Source: Callorhinchus milii (taxonomy: Eukaryota). From it: DNA of 64,000 nt. The stretch is taken from the NCBI RefSeq assembly GCF_018977255.1, contig NW_024704742.1, positions 12,526,001-12,590,000 of the forward strand. Direction: 5' to 3'. The position numbers and the translations under genes were made by a program. Of the stretch, positions 26,060 to 38,901 are shown piece by piece. Every line of letters starts with the position of its first letter. The first letter of the stretch is position 1. Under the pieces are notes generated by a model, which did no database searches, was not told where the DNA came from, and saw only the letters and a list, made by a program, of their open reading frames with translations.

Positions 26060-26733
26060 TCCACTCCTAATTTTAAGATACACTTATTTACTGCCTCCAA
26101 AAAGTCTTCTACAGTTGTCGTATCTTTCATTGACTGTATTGATGCCAATTCTTCTGTGAGCTCAAAATGTTTGGTGATACCTCGAATAAAAATTATCAAC
26201 TGGGCTGTGTCTTTGACATCACAACTCTCATCGAGTGCCAGTGAAAAACATGCAAAATTGCTTACTTTATTTTGTAATTGCACACTTTTTATTTTTTTAA
26301 TTTCTTTTATTTTTTAATTTACTTTTATTTTTATTTTATTTATTTTATGTGTTTTATTTTCCACCCACACCGGTAAAAAAATATTTAGAAGTCCATTCTT
26401 GTTGAATATTCGGCTTTCAGGGTCCACTTTCCGCTTCTTTGATAAACTCATTTAGAATTAACGTCCTCTTCAGTGAAAAGTATTGCCGCAGTTACCACAC
26501 GTGCGTGTTTGGAAATTTGCCGATCCGTACATTTTTGACGTCAGCCTGATTCAACACTTAAGGGATCGTGCACACAACTAAGCAGTGTGATTGGCTGATG
26601 TTCCCAGTCAGATTCAAACGCGAAATTTGTGCGACATTCTGGGACTCAACAAACTATAATTTTTTCTATAGCTAGACACAATGATGGACCATTTGGTGGG
26701 CCGGATATGACCTGGGTATTTTGCCCACCCCTG

Positions 26734-29060
26734 ATCTACCTTCTGGGGTAGAGAATTCCATAAATTTACTACCCTCTGAGTGAAGAAGTGTTTCCTCAAC
26801 TCTGTTCTAAAAGGCTGATCCTTAATCTTAAGACTGTGACCCCTAGTTCTAGATTCTCCTACCAGGGGAAACAGTCTCACACTGTCTATTCTGTCAAGCC
26901 ACATAAGAATCTTATATTTCTATAAGATCACCCCTAATTCTTCTATATTCTAGAGAATATAGGCCTAGTTTATTCAACCTATCCTCATAGATCAACCCCC
27001 TCATCCCAGGAACTAACCTAGTGAATCTGCACCCCCTCTAAGGCGAGTTTGTCCATTCTTAAATAAGGAGAGCAAAACTGCACACAATATTCTAGGTGTG
27101 GTCTCACCAAGGCCTTATACAACTGCAGCAAGACTTCCCTGCTCTTGTATTCTAACCTTTTTGCAATAAACGCCAACATGCTATTAGCCTTCCTAGTTGC
27201 TTGCTGTACCTACATACTAACTTTTTGTGACTGGTGTACAAGGACACCCAAATCCCTCTGAACACTAACACTATCTAGTCTCTCCTCCTCTAGAAAATAA
27301 TCTGCTTTTATGTTTTTACTACCTATAATCATGCCCACTTACCTAGTGACACTCCACTCGTCACATCCCGCCAATCTGAGAAGGACCCGTTTATCCCTAC
27401 TCTCTGTTTTCTTCCCGTTAGCCACTCTTCGATCCATGCTAATAAATTGCCTTTAATTCCATGGGCCCTAATCTTGTGCCTTTAATGTGGCACCTTGTCG
27501 AATGCCTTCTGAAAATCTAAATATACTACATCTACTTGTTCCCCCCATCTAACCTGTTAGTTACATCCTCAAAAAACTCTAAGATTTGTTAAGCATGACT
27601 TCCCTTTTGTAAAGCCATGATGACTCTGCTTAATAATAATAATAATAATCCTTGCATTTGATATAGCGCTTTTTACATCTTCTAGGTTTCTCAAAGCGCT
27701 TCACAGAATATGCTGTAAAGTGAATTGACTGTATATTTGTGGGCGAAACTTAGCAGCCAATTGCCCACAGCAGTGTCCCACAAACAGTCATTTGAAAATG
27801 ACCAATTTATTATTGCTTTGTTTTGGAGGCATTATTATTACGCGTGTGGAGTAAGGAAACTTGCCCAAGGTTTCGCCCTGAATGGAATTGAACCCAGGTG
27901 TCTCGCTTGCAAGGCGAGTGCTCTAACCACTGTTATAGTCTTCTAAGTACCCCACTACGAACGACGTCCCTAATTAAGGATTCTAGAATTTTCCCTACCA
28001 CCGATGTCAGACTGACTGGTCTATAATTCCCCATCTTCTCTCTCACACCCTTCTTAAATAATGGTGTTACATTTGCGATCTTCCAATCAATGGGAACCGT
28101 TCCAGAATCCAGAGATATTGGTAGATCAAAAACAAGGCATTCACTATCTCAGCCCCCACCTCTTTTAAAATCCTAGGATGTAGGCCATCAGGTCCAGGGG
28201 ATTTGTCTTTTTTCAATCCCAACAGTTTCTCTAGTACTAATTCTTTACTGATGTTAATTTCCCTTAGTTGCTCACTAATATTAGATTCTTGGTTCCCCTC
28301 TATTTTTGGTAAGTTTTTAGTGTCTTCTCACATGAAGACAGAAGCAAAGTATTTGTTTAACGCCTCTGTCATATCTTTATCCCCCATTATAATTCCTCCT
28401 GTCTCTGCCTGTAATGGACCAACATTCACTTTTGATAGTCTCTTCCTCTTTATGTATTTGTAAAAACTCTTGCAGTCTGTCTTTATATTCCTAGCTAGTT
28501 TGCCCTCATAATCCATTTTCTCCCTCCTAATCAGGTTTTTAGTTTTTCTTTGTTGGTCTCTGAAGCCCTCCCAATCCTTGGGTTTACTGCTCTTCTTGGT
28601 AGTATTATGGGTCTCTTCTTTTAATTTTATACTTTCGCTAACTGCTCTAGTTAGCCATGGTTGAACCACTTTTCCCGTGGTATTTTTATTCCTCAAGGGA
28701 ATATGTGATCGCTGGGAATTATGTACTATATTTTAAAGGTTTGCCATTGCTGGTCTACTGTCATATCCTTTAATCTAAATCCCCAGTTTATTTTAACTAT
28801 TTCATACCTGCAAAGTTGGCTCTATTTAAATTTAAGACTATTGCTTCAGACTTAACTACATCACTCTCTGACTTAAAGCTAAATTCCATCATGTTATGGT
28901 CAATCTGCCCTAAAGAAGCGTTAACTTCCAGATTGCTGATTAGCCATATTTCATTACATAAAACAAGATCTAGGATAGCCTGTTCTCTGGTTGGTTCCTC
29001 AGTATACTGATCTAGAAAACTATCTCTAATGCATTCTGTAAACTCCTCCTCTAACCTTTG
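26734..29060 (-). mobile_element. CR1 LINE ORF2 fragment with internal deletions
   Basis: NIKTDCKSFYKYIK, EALNKYFASVF, RTRGHSLKI, FFTQRVVNLWNSLP; 3' end cut by the hAT TIR. Confidence 0.9.
27631..27951 (-). mobile_element. tRNA-Ala-derived SINE inserted in CR1
   Basis: Family match and (ATT)n tail. Confidence 0.88.
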
Positions 29061-29766
29061 CCTTTCACGTTGTGATGATGTCTCAAAGTACTTTATACAG
29101 CTGATGTATAAAGTACTTTATACATATATATTCCCATGGGGAATGTGGAGATGGGAATAGTGTGGAGCGACAGGGTTGGGGGATGGGAAAGATGAACAAA
29201 ATCATGGACAGAGAGCCGAAGCAGATTTTGAAAGTGAGGGGAAAAAGGGAATGGGGGGACTTGGAGGGACATTGCATGGAGTTCCAGAGATTTTGTTGGA
29301 TTCAGAATGAGAACTGCTTTAATCAAACACAATAAACTCATGATCCTAAACTTCACAACAATATAAACGACAGTGCCCTATCTTATTTCAGACTGTACAC
29401 AAATGACGCATTTTCCTTTTTTTCCTTCCTTTCAAAATACAGCAGAATTCAATGACCTTTACATATTTTCTAAAATTGTCACTGTGAGCAGAGAATGCAG
29501 TGGAACGTAGATTCGGCATTTGTATCTCTTTTGCTGATGAATTACTGAAGCCCAGTAGAGCATGATTTGATGTATAGGCATTGACAATCCAGTGAGAATT
29601 ATTGACAAAGACTGAACAAGAGATGGGGAGAAAAAACAAAGTCAGGCAACAACTTGCATTATATAGCACCCTTCTTGTGTCCTGGAATACTTGACAAGAA
29701 CAACAAAATTACATTTTGTGCCTTTCATGTTGGGAGGATGTCCCAAGGCACTGGACAATCAGTGTT

Positions 29767-30068
29767 TAATAATATAATCCGTGCATTTGAGACAGCGCTT
29801 TTCACGTCTTCTCGATTTCTCAAAGCGCTTCATAGAATATGCTGTAAAGTGAATTGACCGTATATTTGTGGGTAAAACGCAGCAGCCAATTGCGCACAGC
29901 AGTGTCCCACAAACTTGAAAATGACCAATTTATTATTGTTTTGTTTTGGAGGGATTATTATTAGGCGTGTGGAGTGAGGAAACTTGCCCAAGGTTTCGCT
30001 CTGCCTGGAATTGAACCCAGGTGCCTCGCTTGCAAGGTGAGTGCTCTAACCACTGAGCTACAGGACTC
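29767..30068 (-). mobile_element. tRNA-Ala-derived SINE
   Basis: Family match including the GAGTCCTGTAGCTCAGTGG head. Confidence 0.88.
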
Positions 30069-30419
30069 TGCTGAGCTGAGCAGGCAGGTTATCAGGGGGT
30101 TAGGAGTTCGCAGAGGTAAATTTCAGCACACCACAGTAAGAAAAGCTGTGAGACTTGGTAGCACTTGGTAACGGTCACAGGTCTGGCTACCAGCTCAGGC
30201 TGGGATTGAACTGATTAACAATTACATGCTTGATTAATTTTTTTTAGTACTCAGTGAGTCTCAGAATGTCTTACACTAAGCTCCTTCAGCTAAGCTTATT
30301 TCCTGGTGCCTGAGCAAGGAGGAGTATGTTAACTCAAGAAATTTTGGAGGAGTCTTTAATATAACTCAAATAAAACACTAGTAAATCCAGACAATTATAG
30401 TAACTTTGATGTCAGCCTA

Positions 30420-31085
30420 GCTCGACCCACTCTCAACTTTGAACTCACGTATTCTGGTCTAGGCTGACACTCCAATGTAGTGTTATAATAATAATAATCC
30501 TTGCATTTGATATAATGCCTTATTATGTCTGCTAGACACCTCAAAGCGCGTCACAGAATATACTGTTACGTGAATGTTTTGTGGACTAAACGGGGCAGCC
30601 AATTGCACACAGCAGTGTCCCACAAACAGTTGTGGATTAAGTGACCAAATTATTATTTTTTGTTTAAAGGTATTATTATCCCCAGAAAAGCAATCCACCA
30701 GTTGACTAACAACTGGGATCCTACTTACTGCAATGGGGGGAGTATGCTAACTCAGTGTTGAAGGTGCCATCCTTTGGATGAGATATTAAACTGAGGTCCC
30801 GTTTGCTTGTTCAGCTGTACGATAAAGATTGCTTGGTACTATTCGAATAAAGAAGGTGGCCGGTGAATATTACCCCAGATTAAATTGAGCACTCACTCCA
30901 TGGCTGTTTATGGGAAATGTGGTCTGCAAATTGGCTGTCACATTTGCCTGCAACATACTACAGTTTAATTGTAACTACACAGTAAAGTGAAACTCTATAT
31001 TTACTTTACACTAAATCATGTGAAGCATCTTGAGACAGTCTCCTCAAATTAAATGTGCTTTATCAAATGAAAGGTTTATTATTTA
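30420..31085 (+). mobile_element. Deu-domain SINE interrupted by a minus-strand SINE fragment (~30484-30745)
   Basis: TCTAGGCTGACACTCCAATGTAGT ... GAAGGTGCCATCCTTTGGATGAGATATTAAACTGAGGTCCCGT ... CAAATTGGCTG. Confidence 0.7.
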
Positions 31086-31314
31086 TTGTTAAATAAAATC
31101 AAGCAAGTTATAAAAATAGAAGTAGCAAAGCTGAAACAATGTTTCTGGCACATCGCTACCAGTGCTGACAATTACATTTTTCTTGCTGTTACTTCAGACA
31201 ATCTTTTTGAAGTTCTGTATTTAAAGTTAAAAAAAACCAGTGCAATAGTTGCTAATTAGAAGTGAAGCAGAGCCAAAGATTTAAATGATCTTAATGTGAC
31301 CTGAAAATGGGGGG

Positions 31315-31545
31315 AGTGGGGGCAAAGTCAAGGGATTGAGGGAGAGTGCCACAGCTTCGGGGGATAGTAGCTGGAAGTACGGATGCCGATGGTGGGACAG
31401 AGGGTCCAGGGGACAAGGAGAAGGCTGGAGCCAGTCGAGCAGAGGCAGCTGGTAGTGGTGTAGGGAGAAAGATGGGGGGTGGGGGGGGGGTGGTGAGGAT
31501 CTTGAAATCGATCCGCTTTGTGACAGTGAGCCAATGGAGTTTTTC
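31315..31545 (-). mobile_element. L2 fragment
   Basis: 'DRFQD(IL)', 'PTIGIR..S..P.LW' segments. Confidence 0.6.
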
Positions 31546-31589
31546 GGGAAGGTAAATTGTGCAATTGTCAGTCGGCCTGGTTTTGCTGG

Positions 31590-31825
31590 TCGCACTCTAG
31601 GCTCTGAGTCAGAAAGTTGGGGGTTCAAGCTCCATATAGGGATTTGGAACCCATATAGTCTATGCTGATGCTCCAGTGCAGTGCTGAGTGTGTGCTTCAT
31701 TGTTGGTGGGACCGTCCTTCGGATAAGATATTAAACCGAAGTCCCGTTTGACTGTTCAGGTAGATATTAAAGATCCCATGGCCCTATTCAAAGAAGAGGG
31801 AGTTTTTCCTGGTATCCCGGACAGC
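31590..31825 (+). mobile_element. Deu-domain SINE
   Basis: CTCTGAGTCAGAAAGTTGGGGGTTCAAG...CCGTCCTTCGGATAAGATATTAAACCGAAG...AAAGATCCCATGGC. Confidence 0.8.
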
Positions 31826-32413
31826 AAGCTCTTGAATAAAATATCTCCATGTAGTGACCCAGAGATCACTATAATAATCATGTTGCCATTAATTCCACTA
31901 TAGCAATAATAGCAATAAATTATAACAATCCTTGCATTTGATAATACTACCTTTCATGCCAGGATGATGTCTCAAGGCGCTTCACAACATTTATTGTAAA
32001 AGGTAGTGTGAATGAATGAGTACAGTAGAAACCTCGGTAACGCAGCACCTCACAATTGTGGGCACATTTTCAGTCTCTTGCATTGTCGATGTTAAAAGAT
32101 TGTCTGTCTGTCAGTGTCAGTAAACCAGGCAGCTCACTGTTCAGGACAACAGCCATTGATTGCAGTCTGAACACTAACACTATGTAAACTCTCCCCCTCT
32201 ATTCTGGTCACCTCAATGTGCTGTTAACCTGTACACAGTGCGCGAGGCCTCGGGCTTCTCGTGTTGTTATCTGAACGCTGCGCCTCTGGGCGGAGCGGCT
32301 CCAGTCACTGCACAGTGTGGGGAGCGTTGGGATCGCGGAAGCAGCGCGAGCAGAAAATCAACTTCGCCCGGAGCCCACGGCCTAACCTGAGCACTGCAGA
32401 GGGATACCAGAGA

Positions 32414-32668
32414 CTGAGGAACAGGACCAGCTGAGGAACAGGACCAGCTGAGGAACAGGACCAGCTGAGGAACAGGACCAGCTGAGGAACAGGACCAGCT
32501 GAGGAACAGGACCAGCTGAGGAACAGGACCAGCTGAGGAACAGGACCAGCTGAGGAACAGGACCAGCTGAGGAACAGGACCAGCTGAGGAACAGGACCAG
32601 CTGAGGAACAGGACCAGCTGAGGAACAGGACCAGCTGAGGAACAGGACCAGCTGAGGAACAGGACCAG
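32414..32668. repeat. Perfect 17-bp minisatellite (CTGAGGAACAGGACCAG) x15
   Basis: 255 bp equals 15 identical units with no spacers. Confidence 0.97.
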
Positions 32669-33032
32669 CTGGAGAAGGAACAGGAAGGGCAACCGACAGC
32701 ATCACAGCCGCCGCTCACCGATGCTGATGCACTGGGTTTGTTGGAACAAATGAAGGACCTTTGCCTTGATCATGGACTCGATGTATGGCAGACTGTGGCC
32801 AAGGCAATGCAGGTGAAATCAGCAGCTGGACAACAGTACTGGACTCTTCATTCAATAAATGAACATTCTGTGTGATTTTAACTTCTCATGTGAACTTTGA
32901 ATAATGAAATCTAAGATCTGTTTTAAACGTGACAATGCCTTTATATTAGTGAGATCCAAAAGTATGATCGTTGAATGTTCATCTTATGTAATTTTAAAGG
33001 TCACTATGTTCATTCTATGTCATTTCAATATT

Positions 33033-33770
33033 CATAAGAATATAAGAATTAGGAGCAGGAGTAGGCCATTCGGCCCCTCGAGCCTGCCCCGCCATTCGAT
33101 AATATCATGGCTGATCTTCAGACCTAACTCTAATTACCTGCCCTATCCCCATATCCCCTAATCCCTCCGTTTTTTTAAAAAATCTATCAATCTCAGCCTT
33201 GAAAATGTTCAAGGACTGAGCATCTACAGCCTTCTGGGGTAGTGAATTCCATAAATTCACTACCCTCTAAGTGAAGAAATGTTTCCTCAACTCTGTTCTA
33301 AAAGGCTGACTCTTAATTTTAAGACTGTGACCCCTGGTTATAGATTCTCCTACCAGGGGAAACAGACCCTCAGTGTCTACTTTATCAGCCCTTTAAGAAT
33401 CTTATATGTTTCAATAAGAATCCCCTAATTCTTCTGTACTAGAGGGCTAGAGAATACAGCCCTAGTTTATTCAGTCTATCCTCATAGTCCCCTCATCCCA
33501 GGAACGCTGGGAAAGGAAAGGCAAGTATGTCCTTTTTTAAATAAGGAGACCAAAACTGCACACAATACTCTAGGTACGTTCTCAACAAGGCCTTATACAG
33601 TTGCAGCAAGACTTCCCTACTCTTGTACTCTAAACCTTTTGCAATGAACGCAAACATGCCGTTCGCCTTCTTAGTTGCTTGCTGCACCTGCAAACTAACA
33701 TTTTGAGACTGGTGTACAAGGACACCCAAATCCCTCTGAACACTAACACTATCTAAACTCTCCCCCTCTA
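33033..33770 (-). mobile_element. CR1 3' fragment inserted in the Tigger-like element
   Basis: QRDLGVLVH, LEYCVQFWSPY and CR1 tail. Confidence 0.9.
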
Positions 33771-34734
33771 TTCTGGTCACCTCACTAAATAGGTCACTTT
33801 TGCCCAGTCATTTGAATGACTGGATCAGTGAGGTTCTACTGTATATGATGCAAAGACTGCAAAAAAAGGATATTTCAATATTTGTACATAGTGCCAGCGT
33901 GGGACAGTAGTTAAAATAATACGGTAATCAGTGAAACAACACTTCATACATCTTATCCATGATACTGTATTTACTAATGATTATTTCCATTCCTTCCATT
34001 CCTTCCCTACCATAGATCTGCTTTTTATCTATTAGATCATTTCATTCTCATAGGACAAAAGTCAGAAACATCAGAACCTTCAGGGAGGACATTTCAATAG
34101 TGTACAAAACAACAGTGAATGTGAATTTATGATTAGTTTAAATAATCCCTACATTCCTATCCAATCACTAATGTAAAATGCTTGGTGCACAGGATCATGG
34201 CGTTCAGTTGGTTGATCTGTATGAGTGAAGATCACACTCCTACACTGATGTTGCAAGGAGGAACTTAGGATAGGGTGGGAGTAGGTGGTAGCGGATGGAG
34301 GGGTGTCATTTGTGGAAGTAGAGGAAAATGGCCTTGGTTAACAACAAGAACAAATTGCATTTCTATAGCAGCTTTCACGTCAGGAGGATGTCCCAAAGCG
34401 CTAGACAGTCAGGGATCCGCACCCAAGCTGGTGGTTGGGATCAGAAGGTGTGGAGGGCGGGGAGGATAGGGGTAGGAGGGTGACCAAAGGCATGGTCAAA
34501 AGGGAGGGTCTTGAGACAGGTCTTGAGAAGGCAGGGGAGGAGACAGTGGGATGGAGTTCCAGAGGGTGGGGGTAGAGAGGCTGAAGGCCCCCATCAAGGA
34601 ATGGAAGAATGATTTAAAGGAGAGCTGAGAGTTTTACTGTGTGGTGAATGTGTATTTTGTGGGCGAATGTGGCAGTCAAGTACAGCAACAAACAGCCATC
34701 AAGTGAATGACTAACATTATTTGCGAAATTGTCA

Positions 34735-34980
34735 AGCCAGGACACCAGGAGAAGCTCCCTTCTCTTTTTGACTTGTGCCATGGGATCTTTAGCGTCCACC
34801 TGAACAGGCAGAGAGAGGGACTCGATTTAACATCTCATCTGAAAAACTGCACCTCTGACAATGCAGTACATCCCCAGCACTGTGTTGGAACATCAGCTTA
34901 GATTGGGAGTTCAAAGTCCCAATGTGGGGCTTGAAATGTGGGGCTCAAATGTAAGACTCAATCTGAGCCAGACTGACACC
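34735..34980 (-). mobile_element. Deu-domain SINE
   Basis: GCCATGGGATCTTTAGCGTCCACCTGA...GCACCTCTGACAATGCAG is the reverse complement of the Deu core. Confidence 0.75.
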
Positions 34981-35083
34981 TTACAAGATGTGATCAGAGA
35001 AGTGTTCAAAATTATGAATGGGTTAATATTGACGTGGTGAATAAAACAATTACAGAGATTATTTAAAGGAAGTTCCTTTACAC

Positions 35084-35411
35084 AATAATAATAATAATAA
35101 TCCTTGCATTTGATATAGCGCTTTTCACGTCGGGAGGACGTCCCAAAACGCTTCACAGAACACACTGTAAAGTGAATTGACTGTATATATTTGTGGGCGA
35201 ACACGGCAGCCAATTGCGCACAGCAATGTCCCACAAACAGTCGTAGATTGAAAATGACCAATTTATTATTGTTTTTGTTTTTGGAGGGATTATTATTAGG
35301 CTCTGTGTGGAGAAAGGAAACTTGCCCAAGGTTTCGCCCTCTGCCTGGAATTGAACTCAGGTCTCTCGCTTGCAAAGCGAGTGCTCTAACCACTGAGCTA
35401 CAGGACTCCAC
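35084..35411 (-). mobile_element. tRNA-Ala-derived SINE, young full-length copy
   Basis: Complete head, body and L2-type tail. Confidence 0.92.
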
Positions 35412-36667
35412 AAACGTTTAATTTGAACAAGTTACTACAAGGGGCTAGCGGATAAATCAATTTCATAATTTCAAATGAAGTTTATTAAATGCTTGAGGAA
35501 TGAAGATATAAAAAGATGTGGCGTAAGAGCATAGAACATTCGATCAGAGTGGATAGCTTCTGCGGGCGATACCACTGTATAGGCATGACGAGCCAGAGGG
35601 CTATGCTAATTTGACAGATTAGATTAATAGTTGAAAATAATTGCACCACTCGCAGCGTCTAGTGTTGCCAAATAATTGTTGGTCTAATTCCAGAAAAGCA
35701 GGAGCAGCAATTAAATTATGCCACCTTATTAATGCACATTGCACCAATGAGAATAGCATGCAAAACAAGGGTCTGTTCAATGAGTCTATTTGATTTGACT
35801 ACACCCACTGGGACAAACAACTGGGAAACGGATGAATACTTTCACAGGGTAATTTAGTGGCTTGCTCTAAACAACCTTCACAGTTCTCTATGTTCATTTA
35901 CCCTTCTGGCAAATGGTGTTAACATCAAAATGACAATAATTTCCACTGTGTGGGTTCATACCACCATACCATTCAAAAAAAATTATCATGTCTCTTACCC
36001 TCAACCTGGACTGGTGCTGGACTGGTGTCCCTCACCATAAATAATGAACTCGTAAAAAGTCTCAAAGCACTTTACAGTAATTACTATTAACTGAAGTTAA
36101 TAGTAACTTTAACTTGAAGTTAATTACTATTAACCGTTTTTGTAGGCAATTAGCTTTAGCCGTTCAGCAAGGTTTATTAATGAAATAGACAAAGCCGTAT
36201 AACTGTGGTATTTTTCTATGTTCGTGGCAAACATTCTATTTATACAACTGAGGGATGTCACCTCTGACAACTGCTCTTCCAGCACTGCACTGGAATGTTC
36301 GTCTAGACTTATGAGCTCAAGCCCAAAAGCAGAGGTACCCTCGAAGTCCCACAAAATAGCTTTGAGGTGAATGATCAATTAATGTTATTATATTGACATT
36401 AATCTTTGCATTTGATATGGTGCCTTTCACACCGGAAGGGCATCTCAAAATGCTCCTCAAGATTTACTGTAAAGTGTAGTGACTGCATTTTTGCAGACAA
36501 CTTGGCTACTGTATGTCAATGGAAGTTTTGTTGCAATTCTCCCTTTAACAGTTTTTTCCATAAATCAATGGCTGGAACAAAGTCCAATAAACTAATCTCT
36601 CATTCCCAGGATTAGCCTCTCCAGAAATTAGCCGCTTAGGTTTTTTTTCAACAATGCCATAGTGTTC

Positions 36668-37840
36668 ATAGAATCATAGAATGTTACGGCACAGAAGGAG
36701 GCCATTCGGCCCATCGAGTCTGTGCGGCTCTTTGACAGAGAAACTGACTTTTATTAACCCCACTCACCAGCTTTCTCCCCATAACCCTGCAAACCCGTCT
36801 TCCCCAGATACCTATCCAGTTCTCTCTTAAAAGCTGTTATCAAATCGGACTTCACTGCCCTTTCAGGCAAATCATTCTAAATTCTAACAACTCGCTGAGT
36901 GAAATAATTTCTTCTAACCTCCCCTCTGCTTCTTTTGGTAGATATGTTAAGACTGTGACCATGAGTCACAGACACACCTACCAGCGGAAACAGCTTTTCC
37001 CTATCTAGCCTGTCGAAACCTTTCATGATCTTGAAGACCTCTATCAGGTCCCCGTGTAACCTTCTCTGCTCTAATGGGAAAAGTCTTAACTTCTCCAGCC
37101 TGTCCTCATAGCTAAGCTTCCCCATTCCTGGTATCATTCTCGTGAATCTCCTCTGCGCCTTTTCCAGTACCTTAATGTCCTTCCTGAGGTAAGGTGCCCA
37201 GAACTGGACGCAGTACTCCAGCTGAGGCCTAACCAGTGTTTTGTACAGATTAAGCATAACCTCCCTACTCTTATACTCTATGCCCCTACTAATGAAGCTC
37301 AGTACACCAAATGCCCTTTTTACTGCCCTATCTACCTGCTCTGCCACCTTCAATGAATTGCTTACTTGAACGCCCAGAGCCCAGGTATGTTCACCCCCCT
37401 TAAGATTGAGCTACCAAGCCTATATTGCCTCCTATCATTTTTTCTACCTAAGTATATCAACTCGCACTTATCTGCATTGAAATCCATCTGCCACATGTCA
37501 GCCCATTCCACCATTCTGTGTATGTCTGCCTGCAGTCCGTCACAATCTTCTTCACTAGTTACTACCCTACCTAACTTGGTATCATCTGCAAACTTGGAAA
37601 TAGTGCTCCCTATGCCCAAGTCCAGATCATTAATATATATTAGAAAGAGCAGTGGTCCCAATACCGATCCCTGGGGGACACCGCTGCACACCTCCTTCCA
37701 TTGCGAGAAACACCCATTAACCACCACCCTCTGCTTTCTGTCACTCAGCCAGTTCCTAATCCAAACTGCCACTGTCCCCTTAATACCGTGGGCCTCCAGG
37801 TTTTTTATTAACCTCTTATGCGGTACTGTGTCAAAAGCCT
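36668..37840 (-). mobile_element. Young 5'-truncated CR1 (RT core to 3' end)
   Basis: AFDTVPH, SGVPQGSVLGPLLF, SKFADDTK, LEYCVQFW, FTQRVV; (TTCTATGA)n tail. Confidence 0.95.
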
Positions 37841-37937
37841 GAGAGGGAGAGAGACTGAGAGAGAGAGCGAGAGAGAGAGAGATAGACTGAGAGAGAGAGA
37901 GAGACTGAGAGAGAGAGGGAGAGAGAGAGAGGGGGAG

Positions 37938-37973
<36 letters not shown>

Positions 37974-38441
37974 AGACACTAAGATAAAGAGAGGTAGACT
38001 ATGAGAGATAGAAACTGAGAGAGAGAGAGAGAGACTGAGAGAGAGAGACTGAGAGAGATATAGAGAGAGACTGAGAGAGAAAGAGAGAGACTGAGAGAGA
38101 CAGAGAGACACTGAGACTGAGAGAGAGAGCGACCGTGAGAGAGACTGAGAGAGAGAGACTGAGACAAAGAGTGAGAGACTGAGAGAGAGAGAATGAGAGA
38201 GAGAGAATGAGAGAGAGGGAGAGACAGAGAGAGAGAGAGAGGGAGAGACTAAGATAGAGAGAGGGAGACTATGAGAGAGAGAGACTGAGAGAGTGAGTGA
38301 GAAACTGAGTGAGCGAGAGAGAGAGAGATACTGAAATTGAGAGAGAGAGAAACTGAGAGAGAGAGAGAGAGACTGAGAGAGAGAGAGAGAGAGAGACTGA
38401 GTGAGAGAGAGAGAGAGAGAGAGGGAAAGACTGAGAGAGAG

Positions 38442-38472
<31 letters not shown>

Positions 38473-38846
38473 TACTGAGACAGAGAGAGAGAGATACTGA
38501 GACTGAGAGAGAGAGAAAGAGAGACTGAGAGAGAGAGAGAGACAGAGAGAGAGTGAGAGAGAGAGAGATACTGAGACTGAGAGAGAGAGAGAGAGAGAGA
38601 TTGAGAGAGAGACAGAGAGAGACTGAGAGAGAGAGACTGAGAGAGACTGAGAGAGAGAGAGAGAGGGAGAGACACAGAGAGAGACTGAGAGAGAGAGACT
38701 GAGAGAGACTGAGAGAGAGAGAGAGAGAGGAGAGAGAGACTGAGCCTGAGGGAGAGAGATACTGAGACTGAGAGAGAGAGATACTGCGACTGAGAGAGAG
38801 AGAGAGAGACAGAGAGAGAGAGCGAGAGAGAGAGAGAGAGAGAGAC

Positions 38847-38901
<55 letters not shown>

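Larger units (their letters stand above)
24265..26733 (-). mobile_element. hAT DNA transposon relic (Charlie/SPIN, GTF2IRD2-like transposase)
   Basis: TIR CAGGGGTGGGCAAA from 26733; ATG at 26451 MSLSKKRKVDPESRIFNK; FSLALDESCDVKDTAQL, VTTDGSANL, LHCIIHQEVLC, VRWLSLG, LF(G)STYI motifs; fragmented by deletions and nested insertions. Confidence 0.92.
32023..33841 (+). mobile_element. Tigger/pogo-like DNA transposon relic
   Basis: TA|CAGTAGAAACCTC at 32023 and GAGGTTCTACTG|TA ending 33841 (inverted ends, TA TSD); remnant EKEQEGQPTASQPPLTDADALGLLEQMKDLC resembles the acidic C-terminus of pogo transposases. Confidence 0.65.

Noticed and set aside
29410..29510. Pyrimidine tract plus CAG as a possible exon
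   Set aside because: Short frames, no convincing donor and no recognisable protein.
32414..32668. CRISPR-like array
   Set aside because: Units are contiguous with no spacers, there are no cas genes, and the context is eukaryotic; it is a minisatellite.
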